DNA from: Moniliella sp. 'wahieum'
Taxonomy: Eukaryota
Length of the DNA stretch: 64,000 nucleotides
NCBI GenBank assembly: GCA_003971905.1
Contig: RSEE01000055.1
Coordinates: 124,001 to 188,000, forward strand
Reading direction: 5' to 3'
The notes under the pieces are model-generated. The model had not been told where the DNA came from. It saw only the letters and a list, made by a program, of their open reading frames with translations, and made no database searches. Positions within the stretch are counted from its first letter, which is position 1; each line of letters begins with the position of its first letter. The position numbers and the translations under genes were made by a program. This document shows positions 36,536-50,944 of the stretch, one piece after another.

Positions 36536-38251
36536 ATGGCTGCTGTAGCGCACACGTCGTCCAGCGCCCCGGGCGCTACCGGGGGACCGGGAAACAAGGC
36601 CTTCAAGAATGCTGACAAGCCTGATGAGGTCCGCCGCTCCAACATGGCGGCTGCAAAGGCGGTCAGTGATGCGGTCCGCACCTCTCTCGGGCCCAAGGGC
36701 ATGGACAAGATGATTCAGACCGCTCAAGGCGAGGTAGTGATTACCAACGACGGAGCCACCATCCTCAAGCACATGGCTGTCATGCATCCCGCTGCTCGCA
36801 TGCTCGTCGAGCTTTCCCAGGCCCAGGACATTGAGACGGGCGATGGCACCACGTCGGTCGTGGTTGTGGCAGGGGCGCTCCTGGGTGCAGCTGAGAAGAT
36901 GCTGGCCAAGGGGATTCACCCCACCGTCATTGCCGAGTCGTTTGTCAAGGCATCTACCAAAGCCGTTGAATACCTGACCGAGATCAGCACCCCCATCGAC
37001 TTGAGTGACAAGGAAGCCCTCCTCCGTGCTGCTCACACCAGTCTCAACTCCAAGATTGTGTCGCAGTACTCGTCGACGCTTGCGCCGATTGCGGTCAATT
37101 CTGTACTCCGCCTGCTGCACAACAACTCCCACTGCGCCGGGACCTGTGTCGGCACTGCCCATCACCTCCACTGGCGCAGCTCAGGAAAGCGCGCGTGGCA
37201 CCGTCGAGCCAGCGGGGACAGCGACGAGTGATGAGCCATCGGTGGACTTGCGCGACATTCGGTTGGTAAAGAAGGTGGGGGGCACCATCGAGGACACGGA
37301 GATGATGGATGGCCTTGTACTGGAGCAGAACGCAGTGGCCAATTCTGGCCCGACCCATATGGAGAAGGCTAAAATTGGCGTGTGTCAGTTCCAGCTGTCT
37401 AGCCCCAAGCCTGATATGGACAATCAGATTGTGGTCAACGACTACCGTCAGATGGACAAGATCCTGAAGGAGGAGCGGCAATACTTGCTCAATATGTGCA
37501 AGAAGATCAAGAAGCTGGGTGCAATGTCTTGCTGCTGCAAAAGTCTATCTTGCGCGACGCTGTCAACGACCTTGCGCTCCATTTCCTGGCCAAGCTCAAG
37601 ATCCTTGTCATTAAAGACATTGAGCGCGACGAGATGGAGTTTGTGTGCAAGACGCTTCACACCACCCCCATTGCGGACATTGATGCATTTACCGAGGACA
37701 AGCTGGCGTATGCAGACTTGGTTGAGGAGGTACAGCTTGCGGGCACGCGTGTGGTCAAGGTGTCTGGCATCAAGAACATGGGCAACACCGTTAGCGTCCT
37801 GTGCACCGGTGCCAACAGCCTCGTCTTGGAGGAGAGCGAGCGGTCGCTTCACGATGCGCTGTGTGTAGTACGCTCGCTTGTCAAGAAGCGCGCCCTGATT
37901 GCCGGCGGTGTGCCCCGAGGTGCATGTTTCGCGGCAGCTGGCCCAGTATGCACAAAAGTTGCAGGGCATGGAAGCCTTCTGTTTCCAGGCATTTGCCGAT
38001 GCTTTGGAGATCATCCCACCACGTTGGCCGAAAATGCAGGGCTCAACCCGATCGCTATCGTGACTGAGCTGCGCAACCGACATGCTCAGGGGGAGACGAC
38101 CGCCGGCATCAATGTACGCAAGGGAACAATCACCAACATTCTGGAAGAAAATGTGTTGCAGCCCTTACTTGTCAACACGTCGGCCATCGAGCTTGCTACT
38201 GAGACCGTGTCCCTCCTGCTTCGGATCGACGACTACCATTTGGCCAGGTGA
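36536..38251 (+). CDS. CCT4: chaperonin CCT/TRiC subunit delta
   Basis: [89 protein letters not shown]. Confidence 0.97.
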
Positions 38252-38492
38252 AGAATTGCATCAGCATTTTGGTCGTTTTTATGTTGCTACTAAGCGTCTT
38301 CATGATGTGGGTGGCTGACTACATATCGAGAGCCTATAACGAAAGAGCGAACAATATCTGTGTAGTACAGCATGTGTGCATGGAAGCCCTGCTCCAGAAG
38401 CAGGCAAGAAGGCAGATCAATGCCATTGGCTGGCCCACCAGCTAGCGGGTTGCGAGTCAGCCCTTTTTTTGGGGGGGGGGCATGCAAAGCAC

Positions 38493-39274
38493 TTAGACGC
38501 TAGCGAGGGGGGTGGGCTCGACGAACTCAGCGCTCTTGACCTTGGCGCCAAGGTCCTCAGCACCCACCACGTTAGCCGCACCACCGTGGAGTTCAACCAA
38601 ACGCGAAACGTCAAACTTGGGCTTCTTGATGATCTTGACCTTGTGGACAAACACGTCCTTAAGAGGGTAGATCCCACGAGTCGACTTCTCGATCTCGCGG
38701 CCAATGACCTCAGGAATGAGCTTCTGGACAAGCTCCTTGATGTCGCACGTCTCGATCTCGCGCTTGATGATCTGGAACATCTTTTGCCGGATGGCGCGCA
38801 CCTGGGCCGACTGGGCGTAGGTGGTCTTCGACACGCTGTTGGAGCGACGCTTGGTGAAAGCAATGACAAACAGACGCACAACGTAGCCGTCCGTCAGCTT
38901 CACATCCTGGTGTGCCTCAATGGTGGTCTGCCACTTGCGGACGAGCGAACGGATCTTGTCCGTAGTGAAGTTCATCGAGTGGAAGTTGGTAAGGCACGAC
39001 CGGCCCTGAACCTCATCGACGCGCAGAGAAAACTTGCGGAAGGACTGCTCCTCGTCCTTGTTGAGGTCAGCGAGCGAGGCCTCGACGATGCGGCCCTTGA
39101 GCGAGTCGTTGGCGTTCACCAGACCCTGGGACTTGTTGACGATGGTCTTGCCAACAGTACGGTTGTCGAAGAAGGTGGGTGCCCGGATGTCGTGCCACAC
39201 CTTGCGCGACATAGGGTCGACCGTCTTTTCTTCATGCCCTTCTTGCCGAGCTTCTTGTTCTTGCCGATCGCCAT
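38493..39274 (-). CDS. RPS1: 40S ribosomal protein eS1 (S1/S3a)
   Basis: [13 protein letters not shown].., [58 protein letters not shown]; one frameshift near 39225. Confidence 0.97.
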
Positions 39275-39649
39275 CTTGGAAAACTGTCCGGGAACACTGC
39301 GCACAGAGAGGTTAGCGCTACTCCTTGCCATGGATGGGGCCGTCAACGGGCAGACGACGACAGTATCGGTGTCGCCGTCCTGACAGAAGGGCCCTACTGG
39401 CGGGCACGATGCTTACCTCGAGGGTGGCGGTCCTAGTGTGTCGACGGTAACAGAGACGGCGAGAACTGCTGTTTGGTGGGAAGGCGGACACGGGCCAGGG
39501 GGTAGTAGGGTTATCCCCTCTGCTGCGGCAACTCTTCGACCTAACCCTATACTTTCAGCAGTGCCGCTGTGCTGCACTCGCCAATTGCAATTTGCCATCA
39601 ACACGACTGATTTCAATCAGCTACGTGAACTGTGGGGCAAATTGTCGCT

Positions 39650-41963
39650 TCCTACGCATTAACCGTGCCGCTAATACGATCGCTTTCTGGGGCGCATCTG
39701 TTCTTTATTCCTCTACTCCCAGTAGCAGCCGCACATCACTCGGCTCCAGTTCGACCAGCGCATCCGGATCTTCGTAGCCGCCCTCAGGGCTGCGCAAGGC
39801 CTCCACAATCCGGGCGTACGTGTCTGCCATGCCCCCAACGCGGCCGCATGAACCGACGAACGAATGGAAGGATCCTTCAACGGCGAAAGCGAGCGAGCTT
39901 CCAGCGGAGCACCCGATCGTAGTACCTCGCCCAGTACGAGCATCGCTTTTGACACAGATGCCGAATCGCACTCTCGATGCTGTGCGAGTGGTGTGGTATC
40001 GCGCAGAGGTAGCCTTGCCAATGGTCCTAGAGCAGCCTGATCCAACGAGACGTTGGGTGTAGGTTTCAACCAGGGCTTGGACCAAATCGGCACGTTGCTT
40101 CTCCAACCGTTTGGCCGCAGTGGCCGCAGGGCCAATAGGGGAAACAGGGCTGCCTGCCTGGAAGCGCAGACAAAATGATCGTAACAGTTGATAAGAAGAT
40201 ACCTTGGTCAAACCTCTCCTCGCCATACCCCGCGGATTGGGGAGCGCCGGTGCTGGGGGGCGAGATCGCTAGCCAATCGATCACACAGTGCTTCCATAGC
40301 CCCCACCAATTGAGTGACAATGGCACCCAATTGAACCTGGGCCATCTGCCGTGGTGCGTCAAGCGTGCCGTCATCCTGACTGGTATCAAAAGGCATTGCC
40401 GCGGAGGCCGTCGCGAGAAGATTCTTGAACGCCGCCGCTTCAGATTCGAGATATAGCTCCTTCGGATTGGTGGATGGATCTGCTTGCCTGATCTCTGAAG
40501 CGTGGCGGTTAAGCTCAGCATCAAAGGCGAGGGCTGCACGACGGGACAGATCTTGTACCGCTAGAACGAGTGGGCTGTGCTCCATCCGTCCTAACGTGGG
40601 CGGAGGGTGACGCGGTAAAATCAAGAATGTGGGCCAGACGGAGAAGTTGAAGCGAGTCGTTACCCTTCCCTCCCGCAGAGGTAAGTACACTCGTCACACG
40701 TTCTCGTAGAGGACGGGCTAGGGGAGCGAGGTACGGTTGACCAGTTCGTTCACAGCTTCCTCGGCCGCCGTCAATGCAGGTCCTGTGCCTTCCCGCACCC
40801 CTTCCACTTCCTCCTGGGCCCACTGGGCCGCACTCGGGTCAAGTCGACCGAGCCCGAGTCGACCCCATGGCGCCGGGTCCAATCCTGTGGGCCAAAGGAG
40901 TATCCGCCTCTCCATACCGGGGCGATGTAAGAGTGCAGAATAAACTTCCCTCTCACTTGCCGAGGCCTGATGAACCCAAGCAAGCATATCGCCAACGTAC
41001 CGCAAGGAATCATGCGCCTGCGCTTCAATTGGACGTTCCCCGGGTCCCGAACCAAGACGCAAGGCCGTCGAAGGAATAGAGAACAAGGCGCGCTCTCGAT
41101 CCGCCAGCTCAGACAGAGCCGGGCGGAGAAGACCATCCTTGCTTTCTTGTGGAGAAAGGCAACCGCTCGCGGCACTTCACCAGCAGGGTGGAACCCAACT
41201 CCAACTGGGACGATAGGCTTGGATCGCGGAAGCGTACAATAAGCCATTGGGACAAGCGATGCAAGCCTCGATCCAGCTGGGCCGAGGCGGCTTCCATCAC
41301 GTCCACCCCAGCGCGGATCCCACCACCTTCATGGGAAGCAGCCTCGCTGCCGGCGAGAAGCGACTGGGCTTCGGAGCGGATTCGTACCAGACGATCAAGG
41401 GCAGCAAATGTATGCTCATCCACGTGGGTGTCCGCCTTATCTAGGGCGGTGACCATGTCTTGCGGGAGGGTGAAACGGCGAAGGAAAAGATTCGTGATCG
41501 TCTGCTCCATCTCGGCCTTGGTTGCTTCGGCCTGGGCTGGCTGGGCACTGGCCAGGAGCGGAGCGCAGAGACTGGCGGCGGTACGGGTTTGACGCTGGGC
41601 GGTGGTGGTGGCAGTGTGCATGTCGGCCAGACTGGCATCAAGCGCATCGAGGTCAGCGACGATGCCGTCGAGGCGAGCGAGGACGTTGTGAACGACAGCG
41701 CGGCGGGATGTGATGAGGGTATGCTCCATCTCCGCCTTCAGTGCAGCGACGTCGGTAACAGCGCGAGGGTCTGAGAGGGTGCTCTCAAGGATGGGCTCGT
41801 CGGGAAGGGTGTGGGCGTGAATGTGGTGGAGACGGGCGAGTGCGCCGAGGGTCTGGGCAGCGCTGGAGGCGTCAATGGGACGGGCGAGGAGGGCCTCGGC
41901 GCGCAGCAGCAGCACCGCCGAACCGTCCCGCTCGCCCCGCATGGGCGGCATGGGAAGCGGCAT
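39650..41963 (-). CDS. COG6: conserved oligomeric Golgi complex subunit 6 (ends approximate)
   Basis: GPGERPIEAQAHDSLRYVGDMLAWVHQASASERE, FLRRFTL, FAALDRL. Confidence 0.88.
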
Positions 41964-42617
41964 GGGCGCGGAGCGTATCCGAGAGGGCGGCCGAAGGGCA
42001 GGGTGGGCCGCAGGGCTCAAGAGTGGCTGGGGGAGCCTGCGGCCAGAAGGAGCTCGGGTCGGAGGCAATGCGGCCGCTCGCCATCGCCCATCCATCGTCG
42101 CCCCACCTGGCCTCATCGATCGGTGATCGATGATTAATGATTGGCAATCGATGGTCGTGTTGCGTCCATCTCTCGTTTCAACTTTCATTCGCTCGGGCCA
42201 TTCCGCCAGCCAGCCGCCTGCCCCTGCAATTCCGCCGGATGTTCGTGCCCCCCGCCCCCCTGGTTCCCCCTATGGGCACATGGCTGACACATACCAACGC
42301 ACTGTGCGCCGAAAGGCCATTGAGCTGTACCACATGACCGCCAACTTCCACCCCACCAAGCTCCCTGCTCGGATCACTATGACGATCAATTGTCTAACTC
42401 TCGCTCTATCAGCGTGTCGATGCATCCTTCGAATCCGGCGCATTAGGAGGAATAGTACTTCAAACAAGGGGCGTCGCATGTCATCCCTGGCTGATTCTTC
42501 TCCAAAAGAGTACAGATGTTGGGAAAAAGACAGCGCCACAGAAGGTCGAAAAAAGAAAGGGATATATATGGAAACGCCCGAGGGCTCATACAAAACACTG
42601 GGCCCCACCACACACTC

Positions 42618-43964
42618 TCAATATTCCTCTTCCCCCTCTTCGTCCTCCAGCACGTCTCGGCAGCAACCTCTTCATAGTCCTTTTCGAGCGCAGCCAGGTC
42701 CTCGCGGGCCTCGGAGAATTCGCCTTCCTCCATGCCCTCGCCGACGTACCAATGGACAAAGCACGCTTCGAGTAGAGCAAGTCGAACTTACGGTCGAGCC
42801 GGGTCCAGGCCGACGAAATGGCTGTGGTATTGGCCAACATGCAGAGCGAGCGACTCATGGGAGCCATGTCGCCCCCAGGAACCTGGGAAGGCGCTTCGTT
42901 GCAGATACCAACCTTGAACCCAGTAGGGCACCAGTCCACAAACTGGACCGTGCGCTTGGTCTTGATTGCCGCAATGGCCGTGTTGACATCCTTCGGCACC
43001 ACATCGCCCGGTACAGAAGGCAAGAAGCCATAAACTTGCCCTCACGTGGATCGCATTTGACCATCTGGTTGCCCCGATCAACGCGGACGACGTCATTTTC
43101 CGCCACACTGTTCTGCTCATGCGACACCTTGTCGTCCGAGACGATGGGCGAGAGGGACGCAAGTGGGAAGTGGATGCGAGGGAAGGGAACCAGGTTGGTT
43201 TGGAATTCGGTAAGATCAACGTTCAGCGATCCATCAAACCGGAGCGAGGCGGTAACCGAAGACACAACCTGCGCAATCAGTCGGTTCAGGTTGGAGTACG
43301 AAGGCGAAGCAATGCCCAATTTGGTCTTGGCAATGTCATACAGTGCTTCATTGTCCACCATGAAGGAACAATCGGAGTTTTCGAGCGTAGTGTGGGTCGT
43401 GAGCACGGAATTGTACGGCTCCACCACTGAAGAAGACATCATAGGCGCAGGGTAGACCGAAAATTCGAGCTTGGCCTTCTTTCCATAATCTTGAGCGAGA
43501 TGCTCGAGGAGGAGCGAACCAAACCCTGAACCCGTGCCTCCGCCAAATGAATGGAAGACAAAGAATCCCTGCAGCCCTCCAGTCGCATCGGCCAGCTTGC
43601 GGACTCGCTCGAGTGTGTCGTCAATCAGCTCCTTGCCCACGGTGTAGTGACCCCGGGCATAGTTGTTGGCCGCATCCTCCTTGCCTGTAACGAGCGTTTC
43701 AGGGTGGAAGAGGGAGCGGTACGTTCCTGTCCGCACCTCATCCACCACATTGGGCTCAAGATCAACGTAGACAGAACGAGGCACGTACTTCCCTGAACCT
43801 GTCTCGGAGAAGAAGGTGCTAAAGCCATCGTCGTTTGCCGAAGGAGAAGCCTCGAGAAGGCGGCCATCAGGCGAAAGGCCGTGTTCTTGCAGATACAGCT
43901 CCCAGCAAGCATTGCCAATCTGGATGCCCGCTTGGCCGACATGCAACGAGAGAACTTCACGCAT
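42618..43964 (-). CDS. TUB1: alpha-tubulin, intronless
   Basis: [75 protein letters not shown]-terminus ..EEGEEEY* in the shifted frame. Confidence 0.98.
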
Positions 43965-44701
43965 TGTAGGTGTTGAGGGGTGTGTGTGGCTAGTACAGTA
44001 GGTGCGGTTGGTGGGGTGGTAGTAAAAACGAAGCTGGATATAGAGAAGGTAGACGTAGTTTGGCTTTTTATATAGACTCTCGCTCGCGCAAATTGGGCGG
44101 TGGCCCACGACCGTGCTCCCAGCACAGAGGCGTAGTGTGTCTCACGCCTGCCCGCACGAGGCGCGTGTGTGGCGCTGTGGTGGGCCAAGCACAGGGCCCC
44201 TTGGCGGGGAAATGGGTTTGGGTTGTCGCCGAAAAACACTGCCCCCCGGGCAGCCCCTTAAGTTAGGTGGCAGTCTGCGTCAGCAATCGCTCCTTCTTGC
44301 GCTCCAAATGAACGGCCGCTCGGGGGCCTTCAGCAAGCTTAGCTTAGCGCCAGTAAGCCCCATCAAGCTTGAAGCTTGAAGCAGGCATCGTGAATCATGC
44401 AATATGCGCCCTTTATTCATCGATCATGCCCATCATGTACCGGGCAGGGCACCTCTCTTCAAGCTTCACCGATAGAGCGCGGCCCTCGCGCGTCGGTATA
44501 TTACCGGCGGTGTGGCGGATTCCATGCGATCAACCACATACAGGAAGAGGTACTTCTCTGTTTTGTTTATTTTTCTCCTTCCACCGCCGTTCACAGTCTG
44601 TTCATCAACTCACTCTCCAATGATTCCCGCCCTGTACATGTAGCACATCCTTTTAACGTGAACCACATATATACCCCAACCGTCCCAAAACTGAAGAGAG
44701 A

Positions 44702-44883
44702 TGTTGTCACGGGACGTTGTCACGGGACGACGAATATTAAGAGTCGCGTTGACAGAGCCACCTCTACTCTGTTATCGTCGCTCTCACTTTTTCTCAGTTT
44801 CTCTCTCCCTATCACTACTCAAGTTATCTAACTTTCGCTATCGTGACTCGGATTCTCGGCCTATCTATACAAAACCCATAACA
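44702..44883 (+). mobile_element. possible solo or 3' LTR remnant
   Basis: Purine run gaagagaga followed by TGTTGTCAC, 13-nt duplication gttgtcacgggac (44703-44728), possible ..TAACA end. No TSD or second copy seen. Confidence 0.3.
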
Positions 44884-46701
44884 ACCGTCTCTTTTCCCCT
44901 CAACACCCTTCTTCTAGGAGGACTCAACTCTAGAAGAACCACCTTTCCGATCCGCTCGCTTGCCCTCCCTCGCCCATCGAGTCTCCCCGCTTTCTCGTCC
45001 GGCCCCTATTAGCGTGTAACCTCCTTGCAGACGCTGCCTGGCTCTTCTCGACGAACAACAAAGCACTACTTGCGACCCTCCTACGTTCACGCTAGTGTTC
45101 CTTTGGACTTTACATCTCATCTGAAACGTGTTCAGTAAGTCCTCCGTGATTCTTGTCTCCGATGGGTAGGGAAGGTCTCCGCCTGGGAAGTCAGCAACCC
45201 CGCTACAAATGTGGTCTCTTATCCAGTCCTCTATCAGGTATGTTTATCATCTTTTCTTGAAGCTTGAAGCACCGTACTACGGATATCACATCAGCTTCTC
45301 GTCCTCTAAGATCTAAGATATATATATTCACGCAGAACAAATCATCGTATCAGAGGTGGCATTGTATAGACGACGCTTCTACAGGCCGACCACACACACA
45401 GTATACTCACTGCCTTCCATCCTTCTCAGGAGGGCAGCAAATTTCTCAGTTTCCATCATGAAGGTGATTTGGCTTCTAGCTTCACCTCTCTGCAGCAACA
45501 GATCTATGATCGGATGGTAGTTCTCTGTTATCCACATATTGGGCGCGGCGGAAGCGCGAAAAAGGTAAGAACATGACTGTTGGTCTATATATTGAAGCGC
45601 TGGTGAGGAGCGCCGAACCACATAGTTAAGCGCCAAGCAAATAATAGGTCTTGACCCTTTTGTGTTGCGACGGTAACTGACTTTACCTTCACTGGCCGTG
45701 GAGCCCTTCCATCAGCCCCACGGCCTCACTAGCTTACTAGCCCACTAGCCCCCGTGGCTCCGCGGACTCCGAAGGTTGCTTGCTGGCACGGGCGTACCGG
45801 GCACCAGCGACGAAAGTAGTCTCCTGCTTTTGCTACCATCAACGCCCTTCGTCGAAGGGCCACAGAGGATATTTATCAGGCCGGATAAGCCCGAAGGCCT
45901 AAGGCCAAGGTTAGGCCCCCAAGATCTGACACCATCACAAGTTCGTACCCCCAACCTTGCAGGATAGGCTCATTCTATACCTTCTGAGATGGTCGATGAG
46001 CGCGGTGTGAGCGCGGCTAGAACGTCAAACGTTAAACGTCCGTCACATGTCACAAGAAAGGTGCTGTGGAGATGGGAGCCAACACAATGGAACAACCCTA
46101 CAAGGAGTACCAACAGTGCTGGTGACCGGTGACTTGGTCGATGATCGAGATGATCGGGGTGGCTGGCTGGAACGGTGGGGGACAGCCGGTAAGCGCTACG
46201 CCGGTAAGCGGTAAGCGGTAACCGGGAACCGGCGTGGTGCAACCCTAGGAGTAACGCAACGCGTAACGTAAGGCCGGTGGGGAGTGAATTTGAAATTGCA
46301 CGCACCCTCTCCATGGGTGCCCGGGCCCGTTTGAGGGGGCTGGCCCTGGGCCCTGGGCGGCGCGCATGTGCATGTGCCCTTGCAGCACGGCGTGTGGCAC
46401 CGCATGTGTGCTGTGGGCCTCGCGCCCACATCACGCGTCCGTGCCAAACGCCCACCGCTGAGCCTCAGCCCCGCCGCTGGAAGCGCGCATCACCGATCGC
46501 TGATCCGCAGCAGCCGAACACGGCCGCCGCATTGTTGCATCCTCATCGAATATCGATCCCTCATCGATCGTCCGCGTCCTCGCAACCTCCACCGCCGTCG
46601 TCACTGCGTCCACGTCCCCCTCTCCTCCACCGCCAGCCCGCGATGGGTGTGCAGTGGCACTAAAAACCCCACCCAACCGACCGCCCCGCCCCCCCTCGCA
46701 C

Positions 46702-49700
46702 ATGCCTCCTCCTCGCCGCCCGTCCTCGACGGCGAGTTCGGCGGCCGTCCTACTCGCCCCTCGCGCCGCTCGATGAGCAGCCCGAGACCCAACCCACCAC
46801 GGATCCTGACCACGTCAGCTATCTCGGCAATGACCATGTGCCCCAGCCCAAACTGGGCTGGCTGCGTCACTTCAAGCTACGCATTCTGTACGGCGCCATT
46901 CGGTACCTCAACTTTTTTCGCATCCACGTTATTGTCTTTGTCTTTGCGCCCCTCATTGCCAGCGGCATTTTCTATGGTGCCAACGACCACGTCCACGTCC
47001 CCTACATCGATTGCCTCTTCCAATGTGTGTCGGCGATGACCGTGACGGGCCTGACGACGATCAACATCTCCCAGATCACCGGTTCCAGCAGAGCATTCTC
47101 TATGTTCTCATGTGGTGCGGCAATATTTCCACTGTTGGGTGTGTCATGGTCTTGTCCGTCGTTACTTTTTCCGCAAGCGCTTTGAGCATCTTGTACGCCA
47201 CGACCCCAAGATTCCCGTCGCGCTCGCCACATCCAGCGTCAGGTGTACAAGCAACAGCAGGATCAGATTGCTCGAGTCCACCGCTTCCTCCGACCAAACA
47301 AATACCGATCTGGGACAAATCCAAGTCCTCCAGTAAAGATGACTCTGAGCTCAGCACGACGCAAACTCTAAGTTCGACTCATCATCCCCTACCCAGGGCG
47401 AGAAGCGCAGCGACAGTCCGTTCATCACTCCTCTCCCCAGTGCCCAGGAAACAGCGTCTGCCCTTCAGACCAGAGCGCTGTCCATTTATCATCGTCTCTT
47501 GACTCAAGCGGCACGACGGCCCATCCGACGATAGACAGCCCACGCCCCCGCCGGTCAATAAAAAGAAGCGTGGTCGCAAATCCCCTCTGACGGCAGAAAT
47601 GATCAAGCGTGTTGACCGACCGGCGGGGTCAAGTTGGGCGGGCAAGAACATAGTTCCGGTAACGATGGGTTTTTTCAACGAATCATGCCCCACCATGGCT
47701 CCGAACATGACCAACCCAAGCCGAACCCACAAATGCGCCCTCTGAGGATCCAACACGCCCCGTTTTGCCCCCCTACCCGAGAGCGAATTGGCCAACATCC
47801 CTGCGGAAATTCGTGCGCGGGACTTGCAGTTGGCTGCGCTCCGGGCCGACGAGGATGAACCTGATCGGGGACGTGACCGAAGACGGGATCCCCAGGCAGA
47901 AAGTCGCCCCCACTCTCGTCCCCGCAGAGGTATTATCCATAGCGCCTCTGGGGCTACCACGCCCGAGGAGCGACGGCGCCGACGCTCGCCTTCGGCTTCT
48001 CGGGAGAGAAAGGATCAGGAATCGTTCCTGACGGCTTTTCGTGAGGGGGCCGCCCGGCATGCCCGTCAGGAAATGGAGCGAGAAAAGGAAAAGGAACGGC
48101 GCAAGCGTGGCGGTGAAAGCTCCGTCGCTGCCACTCCCCTTGCTCGTAGTCCCCTTCAGGTTAGCCGTGCTCCCACGCCTGAAGTGGTATATCCTTCCCA
48201 AGCCCCCCACATGGACTTGCCGCCTGAGCTTTCAGGTGCGCCGACGCATGCCGATCCTTCAATCAACTTGGCCCCAGCGCTTCCTGAAGGCTCGCAACCG
48301 ATCTCGTCTCCTGCAGCTTCCGCTACGCCGGAAGAATCAGGGCCAACTGATGTGCCAGCAGTACCTCAAAATATGAGAATTCCAGGACGCCTTTCCAGAC
48401 CTCGCTCGTTGTCGGTCCGGGCGGTCGCCGTCAAGACCCGAATCACCCCTCTCATCGCTACCCGAGGAAAACGACGCGACGGATGCAGGTGCATATGGTA
48501 TGTATCAGATGGGAATGAACGATTCCGACCGGTATTCTCGTTCGAGCGGGAGCCAGTTCCGCCGGTCCCGCTCGCCGGCAAGTCGGTACGAGGGGCAGCT
48601 CCCTCTTCCGAGGGCGTTGGAGTGGGCCTCTCCTCGGCTTAGGGCGCAAGCAATGAATTTGGCTGAAACGGGCGCTAGAACGGCGTCTTCCTCTGGCTTC
48701 CCCCGTACTGCCACCCGTTCCACCGCGTTTGACCAGGCTGTTCGACGGACAAGGACCTTGGGCCCCGGTATGCCTCGCACCCAGACCCAGCAGAGCAGAG
48801 ATACACTCGGTTCCCTGCGCCGGACCCAGACCCGTGTGACGCATTCCCTCGGACCCAGACCATTGGTTTTGCGGACAACACGCAGTTCATCCCTGAAGGA
48901 TATACCTCCTTCCGCGCGGCCCGGGGCTCCGGGGGCGAACAGCAACGGGCAACTTCTCCCGTACGCAGACGTACCGGTCGGGAATGGGAATGGGGGAACG
49001 TACGCTCACCGGTCGTACCAGGGGTCCGAAAGGGTACGGGTACAGAATGGACCGGACCAACACGATGCTGGACACGATGCAACGGGTTTGGGGGGCTGGC
49101 CTACGCCGACCGACTTTCTCATTTATATCTACCGTCGTTTGAGACCCCCCACGCCGCGAGACCACTTGCCGCGCATGAACACGATCACATCCACATTCTC
49201 GAGAGGGCAGGATGGAGGAGAAGGAGATGCTTCCTCTGGACCAAGACGGAACTACTTTTCCTTTGATGTGCTTGTATCGCGCAACAGCCGCTTCCATCGC
49301 CTTACAGAAGCTCAACGAGAAAGCTCGGGGGTGGAGTATCGTGCCCTTGATCTCCTGAGCAAGCTGGTTCCGATCTACATTCTCGGGATCAACTTCCTTT
49401 GCGTTACTGTGGTTGCCCCTTATGCTGCAAGTAGACAGCACAATTCACAAGTACATTCCTGTTTTTGAGTCGCAAACCATACACGCCTAATCGGGTATGG
49501 TGGGTCTTTTTCAATTCCATCTCTGCCTACTCCAATTCGGGCATGTCGCTCATTGACACCTCGTTCCAAAATATGCAAGATGCATACCTGCCCATGACCT
49601 GTGTCGCCTTTCTTATTCTCGCGGGCAACACAGCCTTCCCTGTCTTTCTGCGCTTCTTTATCTGGCTGTTCCCATTTGGTTCCCAAACCAGCAGGACCCA

Positions 49701-50944
49701 CGAGTCGCTTATGTTCCTCCTGGACCACCCGCGCAGATGCTTTGTGTATCTGTTCCCTCAGCGCAAACTTGGTTCCTTGTCTTGACTCTTCTCTGTCTCA
49801 AGTACGTGCTGCTCCCCCCTTTCCTTGGTTCTCTCTCTGACCCAATACACCAGCTTGACCGATTGGGTATGCTTCCTGGTCCTTGACTTGGGCAACCCAG
49901 TGATCATGACCATTTCCAAGGGTCAGCGTGTGTTTGATGGGCTGTTTCAGGCGGTTGCTGTCCGCGCCGCCGGGTTCCAAGTTGTGTCGGTATTGCGTCT
50001 TGCGCCTGCGGTCCAGGTCCTGTACACGGTCATGATGTACCTCGCTGCGTTTCCCGATCGCCATGTCGGTGCGGTCAACAAACGTATACGAGGAGCGGTC
50101 GTTAGGTGTGTTTGATGACGGTTCGGACGACGATGACCCTGGGGATACACCTGGTCCTTGGTCAAGACGTGCGACCGGTCAGAAGCGGGGGTGGTCATCT
50201 TACCTTGTGCACCATGCACGGAAACAGCTGTCGTTTGACTTGTGGTGGCTCGCTTTCTCCTTTGGTTACTGTGCATCGTGGAGAAACACCAGCTGGAACG
50301 AGAGGACAACCAATCCTGGTCACAGTCTTTTCCTGTTTATTCGAGCTCACCTCAGCCTATGGTACGGTTGGCCTCTCCATGGGTACCCCTATGGACAACT
50401 TTTCCCTTTCCGGCCGGTTCAATGTCCTGGGGAAGTTGATTGTGATTGCTGTCATGCTGCGTGGGCGGCACCGTGGCCTCCCGTGGCCATTGACCGAGCC
50501 ATCATGCTCCCTGATGACCTGGAGCCAGGCGAAGCCGAGGTGTTGACGCCTTCGCTTGGGCCCGAGTCGGACGTGTGGGAGGACGACGAGGAGAACATGT
50601 CGGGCGCGGATGAAGATATGGGGGGCCAAGAGGGGGTGCAACACCACGATTACAGCGCCCGCCCCGGGTCGGTGGAAGGATATACTGTCCGCACCCCTCC
50701 CCCACAAGAACAACCGCTTTCTACCAGCCCCGCATCGTTCCATGAGGAGCCGGTAGTCCCCACTTCCCCCACAGCAGAGGCGACCACTGCTCGCTCCGAC
50801 CTACGAAAAACCAGTGCTATCCCCACCTCTCTTGCCCCCTGCGGAAGTGGGACACGCGGAACGACCGATGGACTCGACGCACCTTCCCTCCTCACCAAGG
50901 CTTTCGAACGAGGAGAGCCAAACCTCGAACACTTTCATCCCTGA
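46702..50944 (+). CDS. TRK1: Trk-family potassium transporter
   Basis: Four pore loops VSAMTVTGLTT, SAYSNSGMSL, VAVRAAGF, SAYGTVGLS; also GVEYRAL, FLLDHPRRCF, SVRSTNVYEERSLG, MLRGRHRGLP. Confidence 0.95.

Noticed and set aside
38376..39383. 335-aa ORF antisense to RPS1, and similar long shadow ORFs over CCT4, tubulin and GC-rich 5' ends
   Set aside because: Explained by codon bias and high GC of the real gene on the other strand; no protein motifs.
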